Shown piece by piece: positions 40,462 through 50,547 of a stretch of DNA of 59,784 nucleotides (the first letter of the stretch is position 1; the number at the start of each line of letters is the position of its first letter). A program made the position numbers and the translations under genes. Under the pieces are notes generated by a model. That model was not told where the DNA came from and did not search any database. It saw only the letters and a list, made by a program, of their open reading frames with translations. The DNA is from Methanobacterium sp. (GTDB taxonomy: Archaea > Methanobacteriota > Methanobacteria > Methanobacteriales > Methanobacteriaceae): positions 1 through 59,784 of the forward strand of contig JAJFTX010000045.1 of NCBI GenBank assembly GCA_021372715.1. Direction: 5' to 3'.

Positions 40462-43400
40462 TTAAATTGTTGTCCTGCTGGGGTAGTGGTCGTAGGTGGG
40501 TTCGTTGCCGTCTATGGGTCTTGGTTCGTTGCTGGTCCAGTCGCTCCAGTAGTTTCCATTGGTTCTTTTGTTGAAGTTGTTTTTCTCTCCATTGACTGCA
40601 TATGCCTGTAATGGGTTGTTGATGAAGTTATTCTGGTATACGGAAGTGTTACGAGCGGTGTCTAATATCACTCCACCCCATCCGTTGCTTTCGATGGTGT
40701 TGTGATGTATTACCGTACCATTACTGTTTCTGGCAAATACTCCAATCACACCGTTACTTTTTATCTGCGAACCGGCAATGGTGTTGCTGTTGGAGTTTAG
40801 TATGGCCACTCCAATATCACTATTACCTTGGATGTTGTTACCGGATAGGGTGTTACTTGCTGAGCCGTTAACTATGTAAACTCCTTCTATGTTATTGCTG
40901 ATTTCATTACCGTTATTTATGGTGTTCCCCGTGGCATTGTCCAGGCATATACCTACCCAGCCATTGTTCTGCACGGTGTTAGCACTTATGGTGTTGGTGT
41001 TGCTATTCTGGATGAATAATCCCATAACTCCATTATTAGATAAAGTATTGGAATCTATGGTGTTGCCTGTGGAGTTGTTGAGGATGTCAATGCCGTTGTT
41101 GGTGTTGTTATGGATGTTGTTTCCTGCTACTAGGTTGCTGTTGGAGTTGTTGGCCAGGTAAACTCCTTCCGTGTTATTGCTGATCTCATTACTGTTACTT
41201 ATGGTGTTTCCGGTGGCGTTGTCCAGGCATATGCCTACCCAGCCATTATTCTGCACTGTGTTATTGGTTATGGTGTTGGTGCTGCTGTTCTGGATGAACA
41301 AACCAATTACCGCATTATGGGATAGTATGTTGGAATCTAGGCTGTTGCCGGTGGAGTTGCTGAGGATGTCAACACCATTATTGATGTTGTTATGAATGTT
41401 GTTACTGTTTATGAGGTTGTTGTTGGAGCTGTTTACTATGTAAAGCCCTTCCAGATTACCAGCGATTTCATTACCGTTGATAATGTTTGCAGTGGATTGA
41501 TCCAGACAGATTCCGGTCCAATTATTATTGGTGATGGTGTTTCCGTTGATGGTGTTTGCAGTGGATTTATAGAGTTTGATTCCCATGAAATTGTTGTTTA
41601 TGCTGTTTCCGCTTATTTGGCAGTTATCTGCAGAGTACAAACGTATACCTGCAGAGTTGGTCGCTCCGGTCAGGTTGAATCCGGTGATACTGGTTCCGCT
41701 GCCTGTTGAACTGATACTGAATATGGGAATGTCCGGGTTAGCAGGGTTAACAGTTACAACACCCGTAGTATTGAACGTTAACTGCTTATCGATGAAGACA
41801 TTCTCCGTATAGGTCCCATTATGCACAATGAGAGTATCACCATCCATTGTTAGAACATCTTCAATTGCATCCTGTATACTGGTGTAAACCAGATTTGTGC
41901 GAACGTTAGTGATGATCATCGACGGATCCACACTTATCAGGTCTGTTTTGATTTCTTCATCAGATCCTCCGGGTCCGGTTACTGTTAATTTAACGGTGTA
42001 GGTACCCGCAGCAAAAGACCATAGCGGATTCTGCTCAGTACTATCCACCGTACCATTGTTGTCAAAGTCCCAAGCATAACCAGTAGCATCGGTAGACTGA
42101 TCAGTAAACTGCACAGTTAAAGGTGCAAATCCACTAACAACATCTGCAGTGAAAGCAGCGACTGGGTTCATGGTTAGGGTTAGTATGGCGTTTTGTAGGG
42201 CCATGTATGAACCACCGTATACTCCGAGTTCGTTGGTGCCGTTTTGTAGGGCAGGTACGACGTTGTAATAGTTTAATGATGGGTCACTTCCTCCAGCGTT
42301 GCTCAGGAGGATGGTTTGTCCGTTGAAGAGTATGCTTCCTGTATCACCCTGTCCTGATGGTGTGATGGTTATCATTTGAGCTGAAGATACATTGCTGGTG
42401 GTTACATTATTGAACATTGCAAAGCCTGTGGCTGGTTGATGTTGTAGGACGTCGTATCCTTCATCTATCCATATTTTTCGGTATGGTTGAGTGGCAGATT
42501 GGTAGACCACGATTAGGATTGTGGCGTAGCTGGCTGTGCTATGGGTGGATAAGACTGCTACGTTGTTGCCTGTTGTATTGAAGTATGGTGTTACATCGTA
42601 GATGTCCTGACCATCATCCTGGTCAACATAATGTGCTAGGGGTGTTGTGATGTCGGTGCCATTGAAATTTAAAGTGTATCCTGGGTTGCCATACCAGGTC
42701 CAAGCCTGATATAGGCGGGCGGTTAGGATGATTGCACCTTCTGGAATATTTAAATCACTAGGAGTAAATGTGGCAGTTCCCGTTCCGGAATTAGGGTATG
42801 GATATGCGAACCAGCCGTAACCACCATATTGGGCCATGGCTAATCCTACATTACCTTCAACATAATATTCTGTTTCCAGGTCGGTTCCATTGTAGTATCT
42901 TCCCCCATTCCAGGGATCACCTGTGTAAGTATTGAAATTTCTGGTCTGCACTGGTGATATATTTCCACTAACATCCACCGCGATGAACTTCACAACAATG
43001 GAAGAATATAACGGGATTGTAATAGGATCGCTATATGGTGTGCTATTTGTGGTGGGGTCTGTTCCATCGGTGGTGTAGTAGATTATGGGGTTGGAGTCCA
43101 TGTTGTCAGTGGCGGATAATGTGATATTAGTTCCATTTTGGGTTGCGTCAGCAGTAGGTGCTTCATTATCTGTGATGTGATATATTTCGGTTTGTACTGG
43201 TGAGATGTTTCCACTTTTGTCCACTGAGATGAACTTCAAAGTCAGGTTAGTCGTTTGGTAGATGTCAATGGGGCCATTATATAATTGGCTGTTGGTGGTG
43301 GGGTCTGTTCCATCAAGGGTGTAGTAGATTGTTGGGTTTAGATCGGCATTATCCGCTGCTGATAGGGTTATTAGTGTTCTTATGTTGTAGTTTCCACCTA

Positions 43401-46400
43401 TTGGGCTGGCCACTACGGTTGGTGATTCTGTGTCGTTGATGTTGTAGAGTTCTGTTTGTACAGTTCCGATGTTACCAAATCGGTCCGCGCTTATGAACTT
43501 TAAGGTGGTATTTTCAGTGATGATGATTGGAATGGTGTACATTGCACTGTTTGTAGTGGGGTCTGAGCCATCTGTGGTGTAATAAACCACTGGATAGGGG
43601 TCGTAGTTGTCTGTGGCTGATAATGTAACTGTTATTCTTGATGTGTATGTTCCACTGGCAGGGTTAACTGTGACATTGGGCGCTTCATGGTCGTCTGGAA
43701 GTGGATTTACGGTGATGTAATCGGTTTTTGTTATGGAATTACTACCACCAACATTGGAGGCTGTTAATTTCACTGTGTAAACACCTGTGGTGTTGTAGAT
43801 CCATGTGGGATTTTGTTCTGTGCTGTCAACCGTACCGTCATTGTCGAAGTCCCAGGCCCATGCTGTTGGAGTGCCGTTGGTGGACTGATCAGTGAAGTGC
43901 ACAGTTAGAGGCACATAATCAAAGGTCCTATCAGCATTGAAATCAGCAACAGGAGGTCTGATGTCAAGTTTACCGAAGAAAGCATCTGAACTTCCGCCTG
44001 AAGCTGGTTGGAAGGCTCCGGGTGTTGTCGGAAGCGCAGTATAATTATCGTATCCTGTTATGTACACGTTCCCCTCATTATCCACATCAATAGCGGTTCC
44101 CATATCTGAGCCTGATCCACCGTAGTATGTGCTGTATATCAGATTACCGTTGGAATCGAATTTGGAGATGAATGCATCGTGGGCTGCTGCACCTGAACCA
44201 GGATTTTTGGTTGTCCGGTAAGCTCCAGGGGTTGTGGGGAAGTTTGTAGAATTGGTTCTTCCACCAATGTATACATATCCATTTTTATCAATTACTATGC
44301 TATGCCCATATTCTGATGTATTTGTATCTCCCCCACCTCCAAGGTAGGTGCTGAAAACCAAACTTCCTGCAGGGTCAAACTTAGTAACGACAACATCTGA
44401 AACACCATTAATATTTGTTTGGTAAGCTCCAATTGTAGTAGGGAAATTTGAAGAGGTTGTACGTCCAGTGATGTAGATATCTCCTGCTTCACTCAATGCA
44501 ATCCCTATACCATAACTTGAAGCAGTTACTACGGGCGAGCTATTAGCACTACCTCCAAGGTATGTGCTATATATTAGAGCCGTTCCTTCGGAATTTAGTT
44601 TAGTGACAAATATATCAAAGCCTCCTGATGGGCTTGCTTTAGTGGCTTGATAAGCTCCAGGTGTGATGGGGAAATTTGTAGAATCAGTATATCCTGTGAT
44701 GTAGGCATTTCCATTGCAATCTACTGCAATACCAAATCCATCGTCGCTGCTGCTACCTCCAAGGTAGGTACTGTAAACCAAGTTTCCACTGCTATTAAAC
44801 TTAGATACAAAAATATCATCATATCCGGCTTTGCTGGTTTGGTAAGCGCCAACAGTTGTAGGGAAGTCGGTAGATGAGGTATATCCAGTAATGTATACAT
44901 TCCCATCATTATCGATGGCTATATTTCCTCCTATCTTACAACTACTGACTCCTGCTAAAGTATATCCAACTTTATCCGATCCACTTCCACCCAGATAAGT
45001 ACTGTAGGTTAGATCACCGTTAGAATTAAATTTAGCCAGGAATAAGTCGTCACTGCCAGCATTGGTATTTTGGTATGCGTTGCTTGTGGTTGGGAAGTTG
45101 GTAGATGCGGTATATCCAGTAATGTAGATATTCCCATTTGTATCCACTATAATACCTGATCCGTAGTCATTTCCACTCCCACCTAGGTAAGTGCTGTACA
45201 TCAATGTTCCGCTAGAATTAAATTTAACAAGGTAGGCATCAGTTCCACCGGCGTTTGTGGTTTGGTATGCGTTGCTTGTGGTTGGGAAGTTGGTGGATGC
45301 TGTTTGTCCAGTTATATATATGTTTCCATCATCATCTACTTTAATATCAGTTCCAGACTCTGCACCGCTTCCTCCAAGCATTGTTGCGTAGTTGTGTGGT
45401 ATGACTGCGATGTAGTTGGTTTTGGTTTCTGATACTGTTCCACCGGGTCCTGTCAGAGTCAATTTCACAGTGTAAGTTCCTGGAATAGTGTAGGTGTAGG
45501 TTGGATTTTGCACGTTACTGTCTGTCACATCGTCATTGTTGAAGTCCCAAGCCCAACTGTTTATAAATCCTGTTGAGTTATCTGTGAAATTTACAGTTAG
45601 AGGTTCAAAGCCGGAGGTAGTGTCTGCTGTGAAATCAGCTATTGGAGGTGCGGTGTATTCTTCCCGTATGGTAAGCGTGGCTAGGTTCATTTTTAGTGAG
45701 CTTCCTACATTGGCGTAGGTTAGGGTGGTGTTTGTTCCGGTGTTGATGTTGCTGGTCACGTCCCATTGGTGTTCTTTGTAGTAGGTTCCGGTTTCTGTGA
45801 GGTTGCCGGTTAGGGTGGTTCCGTTGAGGTTGTAGGTTCCGTCTGTTCCGGATAGGGCTACGGTGTTGAGTGTGGCGCTGGAGACCTGTCCGTTGAAACC
45901 GCTGGTGTTGAAGGTGCTGGTTGATGGTGAGGTGGCTGTGTTTATCCAGTCCTGTCCATTAAGGACCCAGTAGTGCACCTGGTCGGTGTCTCCGTCGTTG
46001 TAGGCTACGGTGAGGGCTAAGAGTTTTATCCGTCCGTCGTAGTCTGTTCCGCCCATGTTCTCGGTTTTAACGTAGAGGGTGGGGTTGTTACATGTTATGA
46101 GGCTGGTGACGTCGTACCATACCTGATAATCGGAATAAACCCGGTTGCAGTGGTCGTTCAGCCAGTAAACCGTTCCGTCTGTGCTACCAGGGATGTTCAT
46201 ATCCTCCACACCTAATAGTTCTCCGGGGTCGTCGTAGTCGCCGTCTCCGTTACCGTCTATTTTAACGGTGGTTCTTACTGGCCAGTTTGCTGATCCAGAG
46301 CCGGAGTATACGTTTACGTAAACCCAGGCCGAGTCAATACTGGTATAAGCCGGTAATGTGTTGGCCTGTGTGACTTCGTTGGTCGCTCCCAGGGTGGAGG

Positions 46401-46569
46401 AAGGCCAGCCATCAGTAGTATTAACGTATAAGTCCCCGGATACTGTACCGGTCTGGTTCTCTTGTAAGGGCGTTCCTGCTGAAGCAGCTCCGCTTAAAAC
46501 CAGTACAAACAGCACGGTCAACGTTAAAAATAACATATTCTTCCTATTTATTGGTGAAATCTTATTCAC
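40462..46569 (-). CDS. Giant (2035 aa) secreted adhesin-like protein
   Basis: Domains read from the translation: signal peptide; two DUF3344-like regions; three PKD domains; about 8 SBBP beta-propeller repeats (YSTYLGGSG.D...GN.YITGYT.STNFPTT.GAYQ); three chitobiase-C-like modules (YYTTDGSDPTTNS); C-terminal parallel beta-helix (PbH1/NosD-like) repeats. Confidence 0.88.
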   Translation of the reverse strand: MNKISPINRKNMLFLTLTVLFVLVLSGAASAGTPLQENQTGTVSGDLYVNTTDGWPSSTLGATNEVTQANTLPAYTSIDSAWVYVNVYSGSGSANWPVRTTVKIDGNGDGDYDDPGELLGVEDMNIPGSTDGTVYWLNDHCNRVYSDYQVWYDVTSLITCNNPTLYVKTENMGGTDYDGRIKLLALTVAYNDGDTDQVHYWVLNGQDWINTATSPSTSTFNTSGFNGQVSSATLNTVALSGTDGTYNLNGTTLTGNLTETGTYYKEHQWDVTSNINTGTNTTLTYANVGSSLKMNLATLTIREEYTAPPIADFTADTTSGFEPLTVNFTDNSTGFINSWAWDFNNDDVTDSNVQNPTYTYTIPGTYTVKLTLTGPGGTVSETKTNYIAVIPHNYATMLGGSGAESGTDIKVDDDGNIYITGQTASTNFPTTSNAYQTTNAGGTDAYLVKFNSSGTLMYSTYLGGSGNDYGSGIIVDTNGNIYITGYTASTNFPTTSNAYQNTNAGSDDLFLAKFNSNGDLTYSTYLGGSGSDKVGYTLAGVSSCKIGGNIAIDNDGNVYITGYTSSTDFPTTVGAYQTSKAGYDDIFVSKFNSSGNLVYSTYLGGSSSDDGFGIAVDCNGNAYITGYTDSTNFPITPGAYQATKASPSGGFDIFVTKLNSEGTALIYSTYLGGSANSSPVVTASSYGIGIALSEAGDIYITGRTTSSNFPTTIGAYQTNINGVSDVVVTKFDPAGSLVFSTYLGGGGDTNTSEYGHSIVIDKNGYVYIGGRTNSTNFPTTPGAYRTTKNPGSGAAAHDAFISKFDSNGNLIYSTYYGGSGSDMGTAIDVDNEGNVYITGYDNYTALPTTPGAFQPASGGSSDAFFGKLDIRPPVADFNADRTFDYVPLTVHFTDQSTNGTPTAWAWDFDNDGTVDSTEQNPTWIYNTTGVYTVKLTASNVGGSNSITKTDYITVNPLPDDHEAPNVTVNPASGTYTSRITVTLSATDNYDPYPVVYYTTDGSDPTTNSAMYTIPIIITENTTLKFISADRFGNIGTVQTELYNINDTESPTVVASPIGGNYNIRTLITLSAADNADLNPTIYYTLDGTDPTTNSQLYNGPIDIYQTTNLTLKFISVDKSGNISPVQTEIYHITDNEAPTADATQNGTNITLSATDNMDSNPIIYYTTDGTDPTTNSTPYSDPITIPLYSSIVVKFIAVDVSGNISPVQTRNFNTYTGDPWNGGRYYNGTDLETEYYVEGNVGLAMAQYGGYGWFAYPYPNSGTGTATFTPSDLNIPEGAIILTARLYQAWTWYGNPGYTLNFNGTDITTPLAHYVDQDDGQDIYDVTPYFNTTGNNVAVLSTHSTASYATILIVVYQSATQPYRKIWIDEGYDVLQHQPATGFAMFNNVTTSNVSSAQMITITPSGQGDTGSILFNGQTILLSNAGGSDPSLNYYNVVPALQNGTNELGVYGGSYMALQNAILTLTMNPVAAFTADVVSGFAPLTVQFTDQSTDATGYAWDFDNNGTVDSTEQNPLWSFAAGTYTVKLTVTGPGGSDEEIKTDLISVDPSMIITNVRTNLVYTSIQDAIEDVLTMDGDTLIVHNGTYTENVFIDKQLTFNTTGVVTVNPANPDIPIFSISSTGSGTSITGFNLTGATNSAGIRLYSADNCQISGNSINNNFMGIKLYKSTANTINGNTITNNNWTGICLDQSTANIINGNEIAGNLEGLYIVNSSNNNLINSNNIHNNINNGVDILSNSTGNSLDSNILSHNAVIGLFIQNSSTNTITNNTVQNNGWVGICLDNATGNTISNSNEISNNTEGVYLANNSNSNLVAGNNIHNNTNNGIDILNNSTGNTIDSNTLSNNGVMGLFIQNSNTNTISANTVQNNGWVGICLDNATGNTINNGNEISNNIEGVYIVNGSASNTLSGNNIQGNSDIGVAILNSNSNTIAGSQIKSNGVIGVFARNSNGTVIHHNTIESNGWGGVILDTARNTSVYQNNFINNPLQAYAVNGEKNNFNKRTNGNYWSDWTSNEPRPIDGNEPTYDHYPSRTTI
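40690..41529 (-). repeat. Three tandem ~282-bp (94-aa) repeats in the beta-helix region of the adhesin gene
   Basis: Residues about 1681-1773, 1774-1867 and 1868-1960 align (NNGWVGICLDNATGNTI...GLFIQNS.TNTI..NTVQ). The plus-strand shadow ORFs 40889..41161 and 41171..41395 translate almost identically. Confidence 0.85.
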
Positions 46570-47002
46570 CTCCTTTTAATATTTTTATTATAAATCAGTC
46601 ATTAAATATCGAGTATTACAATTTAAGAAAAAATCAACGTTTTATTCATACTTTTAAGCTTATAAACACCTCCAATTTTCTATTATAAAATAGATTAAAA
46701 AGAAACTTAATATATAATACTTTTCATTTAATTTTTATTATTACTAATCGGGTGAAACACAATGAAATTGTAATACTATACGATGTAAGATTAATAATTA
46801 TTTGATAAAAAAAGGAATAAAAGTATTAAAGAAAATAGTCAGTCCATAAAAAAAGTATATTTAATACACTAAATCATGATTTACGATTTATGATAAAGTA
46901 ATTTAATTATTTATTTGATAAAAGAGAAAAGCAGGATTCAGTAGTCTTCTATTGATCTCCTTTGGGAGGTTCCATCGGGAAATACGGTTATCCAGCTTTT
47001 CT

Positions 47003-47710
47003 TTATTCAGCAATCCTTTCTCTTCTACAGCTTCTACTTATTATCACATTTTTTAGATGTTTTTTAGCTCGGGAATATGCATTTTCCATTTCTAATGGGG
47101 TGGGATTTCTGGAAATATTTCATTGGTTGGTTTATAATCGTTTATTCTGTATTCTATCTCCGGATTGATAGTAGAAATGAATCTGGCAATATTTTCTATT
47201 TCCGCATCATCTACTATCCCCGGAATATACACTGTTTTGACGGCCAATTTGGTTTTTTGATGAATCACTGGTGCATTTTTTAAAATTGGTTGATTAGATA
47301 AGCCCGTATACCACCTATGCAGCTCTTCATCATATGCCTTTAAATCAAGCATCACTTCATTTAATCCAGCTTCAACCAGCTCATCAACATATCCTTCATC
47401 TAGAAGATAGCCATTGGTTTCTAATATCACATCACCAAAATTCAACCCGAAAACCAGATCAAGCAGATAATTCCGATTAAGGGTGGGTTCGCCTCCGGTT
47501 ATTAAGATTTCTTCTGGTAATTTTTTATAATATTGTATGGAGGCTTTTTTAATGAGGTTTACCAGTTCATCAATAAACTATTTTTTCCCCCATTACATCT
47601 CTTACTGGACTAAAACAGCCGTGGCATGCAAAATTACAGTCTGAAAGGGTTATCCAAACCCTTGGCGCGATTTCTGATATGGTAATAAAAGGTATATGCC
47701 GATGTTCCAT
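47003..47710 (-). pseudogene. Decayed radical SAM gene, related to (same family and length as) the gene at 38590..39303, with at least two frameshifts
   Basis: Fragment A 47710..47570 (MEHRH...CNFACHGC...GEKIVY then stop). Fragment B continues in another frame to 47092 (DELVNLIKK...ITGGEPTL...ETNGY...). Fragment C 47089..47003 (MENAYSRAKKHLKNV) aligns with the paralogue C-terminus. Confidence 0.7.
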
Positions 47711-47788
47711 TTGAAAACTCCAGATAATTTCCAGTTAACCTATGTACTGTTCTATTCTGTCATATATTTCAAAAAAAATTAAAACATC

Positions 47789-48217
47789 CTATTCTAGGGC
47801 ATCATCTACTCTATCACCGATTATATCAGCGATCCTGGGATCTGCTCCTAATGGTTCGATGTAGACTATTTCACCATCAAATTCTATTTCTTCCTGTTTC
47901 ATATGTAGATAATGTGCACCTTCACGTCCATTACCTAAACCCATCATGTAAGGAATATCCTGTTTGGTGTGAAGACCATGGGCTAGGAAAACAGGCATAG
48001 CAATAATTTTAGTTACACCTTTTTTTGCCAGCATATTTATTGCACTGGGGATGGTCGGTTTCTCCACATTCATAAATCCTACTTCAACAGGATAATCTGA
48101 CTTTTCTTTATACTTTTCAGCCAGTTCAAATATCACTTTGTTACCAGAGGATAAACTGCTTCCATGCCCTATTAGTAAAATGCCAATACTTTCATCTGAG
48201 TGAGAATTTTTCTCCAT
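47789..48217 (-). CDS. cfbA: Sirohydrochlorin nickelochelatase / small CbiX-type chelatase (coenzyme F430 biosynthesis)
   Basis: About 142 aa. LLIGHGSS N-terminal motif and the AMPVFLAHGLHT motif of CbiX(S). Start placed at the ATG at 48217. Confidence 0.82.
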   Translation of the reverse strand: MEKNSHSDESIGILLIGHGSSLSSGNKVIFELAEKYKEKSDYPVEVGFMNVEKPTIPSAINMLAKKGVTKIIAMPVFLAHGLHTKQDIPYMMGLGNGREGAHYLHMKQEEIEFDGEIVYIEPLGADPRIADIIGDRVDDALE

Positions 48218-48288
48218 TATATTCACTTCCTTCAATAAGAAAATCGTTTCTAAATAAATAAATTTAATTCAATCACATTTAATTTAAG

Positions 48289-49092
48289 TTAGACTATTTT
48301 TCTGATCAATACGGATGTATTGTTAATCTTACCTGTTGGTAGTATCATAACCTCCTTATGGAAACCACGGGTGGCTTTTTCTGTAACTGGAGAATATAAT
48401 ATTGCCCTCATACCGGTGTATGTCCTGTAGATTACAGGGGTTATTGTGTCCATTATATCCCATAGGTTGGTAAATATCCGCTCTTTGGGTTCGGCCAGGG
48501 CAGCTACCATTATCACCGTATAATCTATGTCCTTTACACTGTTTTCATCTCCCTCTACTACCTCAATTTCAGATTCCAGTCCCAGTTTTTTTAACACCTG
48601 GCGGGATAGTTCTGCCACTTCTGGCAGGATCTCCACACTCACACATTGTGATCCGTACAGTTTGTTGAAGAGGATCAGGGTCAGAGGAAGGGGTCCGCCA
48701 CCTATAAACACCACTTTCTGTTCGGGGGTGAATTTAACCAGCTGATTTTCGTTTTTTATAAGTCCCTGATAGCGATGGTAGAAGTGGAATGATTCCAGGG
48801 TTTTCCAGGGTTCATCTGAATTCAATATTGCCATTGCATTTTCAGTTTCCAATCTAGACCCTAACCTAGTATAGAACTTACGGATTAATTTAAGGGCTTC
48901 ATTCATTTGTTGATCATCTAGGATGTGCTTGGCAGAGTCAAAATCAATTTCCTGGTCATGGGCAATTACTTCAACTGAATCTAAAAGAGATATAATCTCA
49001 TCAATGGGTGTTTCATCAGTTTTATATTCTTTATAATCTTCAAGAGAATGGGCTATTGCTTTTATTTTATCCCAGTATTTATAACAACTCAT
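48289..49092 (-). CDS. Nicotianamine synthase-like protein (archaeal thermonicotianamine synthase type)
   Basis: 267 aa. Starts MSCYKYWDKIK. VFIGGGPLPLT SAM-binding loop, MVAALAEPK and YRTYTGMRAILY motifs, as I recall them from the Methanothermobacter NAS homologue. Confidence 0.75.
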   Translation of the reverse strand: MSCYKYWDKIKAIAHSLEDYKEYKTDETPIDEIISLLDSVEVIAHDQEIDFDSAKHILDDQQMNEALKLIRKFYTRLGSRLETENAMAILNSDEPWKTLESFHFYHRYQGLIKNENQLVKFTPEQKVVFIGGGPLPLTLILFNKLYGSQCVSVEILPEVAELSRQVLKKLGLESEIEVVEGDENSVKDIDYTVIMVAALAEPKERIFTNLWDIMDTITPVIYRTYTGMRAILYSPVTEKATRGFHKEVMILPTGKINNTSVLIRKIV

Positions 49093-49302
49093 TTTCTATC
49101 TCCATACAATAAATTAATTTATTAAGCATTAATGGGTTTATATCCTCTTTCTCCAATAGAATCAAAATAATAATATTAAATTTTAGATTTACATTGTATT
49201 ATTTGATCTTTTTAATATAAAATAGATTCTAATTGACTATTTTCTATTTTTATGGGTGGAAAAATTACATCAATTAGCTATACATCTTTTAAATTTGATT
49301 AT

Positions 49303-49881
49303 TTATAAATTATGATTCATTTTAAAAGAAACATCATCATAGTCGATAATTTTCCCCACATCATCGTTTAAAATCACCTTTAATAGGTCTAAAGCTTTTT
49401 CTACGCCCTTTTTTTGTCTTTTTAGTAGCTGAGATGAGCATAAAGAGGTAAGATCAGCGTAGAATCCTGAAGTGGTAACTATGGTGTACTTTTCGGTGGA
49501 TAGGGCAATACCGCCCCTACCAATACCGGCGGTGGTACCTATTCCTATATCGGCTTTGGAAACATCCATTATGGCATTGGCCATTAGGATTGCTACTTTT
49601 TTGTCATATTTTTCATCGTACACTTTGACCCCTTTGATTATTTTAAATGGTGTGGGGGCATCGATTTTTAAAATATTTTTTAAACCGGATAATGTGGGAA
49701 CGAAAACACCACATATAACGGATATATCCTGTTTAAACACATTTTTTACAGTTTTAATAGGCTTATTTGGATCATATAAATATTCACATCCAAATTCTCC
49801 TTCATAACCCTGAGATAATGCATGTATCTCTCGTGCGATTAATCCATGGGTGAAACATTCAGCGGTAGCGATTTTTATCAT
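49303..49881 (-). CDS. hcgF: HcgF, [Fe]-hydrogenase FeGP-cofactor biosynthesis protein (UPF0254 / CinA-C-like)
   Basis: 192 aa. MIKIATAEC places the conserved Cys at position 9, the known thioester-forming residue of HcgF. Located in the hcg cluster. Confidence 0.78.
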   Translation of the reverse strand: MIKIATAECFTHGLIAREIHALSQGYEGEFGCEYLYDPNKPIKTVKNVFKQDISVICGVFVPTLSGLKNILKIDAPTPFKIIKGVKVYDEKYDKKVAILMANAIMDVSKADIGIGTTAGIGRGGIALSTEKYTIVTTSGFYADLTSLCSSQLLKRQKKGVEKALDLLKVILNDDVGKIIDYDDVSFKMNHNL

Positions 49882-49905
49882 TAAAATCAGATTTTAGAAC
49901 TTTTT

Positions 49906-50547
49906 TTATATTTTGATTAACATCTTTAAAATTTCTCTAGTCATTATATTGGCAATTTTATCCAAAACATACGGTGTTATGGGTATATTATCTTCGATGA
50001 ATTTGCCTGTTGTAACAATTTTATGATTTTTTTCAATTCCATGTTCTCTTAGTTCTCTTACTACTGGGTTTTTATCATCTGCTTGGGAGATATCCATGGT
50101 TAATATTTCTTCTGCGCCGATACCAAAAACACCAGCGGTACTTATGGTTTTAGCCCCCATATCATGTGCTCTTTTTATTGCGGCGGCTGTGATTGGTATG
50201 GTATTTCCTCCGGCTATTTGGATGCTTACCACATCTCCATAGATGAGATCTAAATTTTTAAGAGTTAAATCTTCCCGGACACTTATAATTTTTCTAATAT
50301 TTTCTGGGTGGGTGCAGAGACTGGAGAGAAGATCTACCTTATAATCACCAAAGTTTCCACCTAAAAGCTTAAAAATGATATCTGATGATGAAATTTTCTG
50401 ATTATCGATGGCGGTTATTTTATTTGGTCCTCCTCGGTGGACTTGAATTAAATTTACACCAATTTTTATCCCTAATCTTCCAACACCCACCAGTGTAACG
50501 TGGCGTTTGGGAATTTTACAATTTTCCAGTTCAGTGATATCTTTCAT
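49906..50547 (-). CDS. hcgE: HcgE, ThiF/MoeB-like adenylyltransferase of FeGP-cofactor biosynthesis
   Basis: 213 aa. Rossmann motif VTLVGVGRLG. Position directly upstream of hcgF. Confidence 0.72.
   Translation of the reverse strand: MKDITELENCKIPKRHVTLVGVGRLGIKIGVNLIQVHRGGPNKITAIDNQKISSSDIIFKLLGGNFGDYKVDLLSSLCTHPENIRKIISVREDLTLKNLDLIYGDVVSIQIAGGNTIPITAAAIKRAHDMGAKTISTAGVFGIGAEEILTMDISQADDKNPVVRELREHGIEKNHKIVTTGKFIEDNIPITPYVLDKIANIMTREILKMLIKI

Noticed and set aside
40889-41395. Two near-identical plus-strand ORFs (MLLLISL...) that look like a duplicated small gene
   Set aside because: They are the antisense image of the 282-bp tandem repeat in the adhesin gene, not independent genes.
46962-47283. 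Two plus-strand 68-aa ORFs downstream of the adhesin promoter region
   Set aside because: They overlap the decayed tail and body of the minus-strand radical SAM pseudogene, and their translations are hydrophobic low-complexity sequence without a ribosome-binding site.
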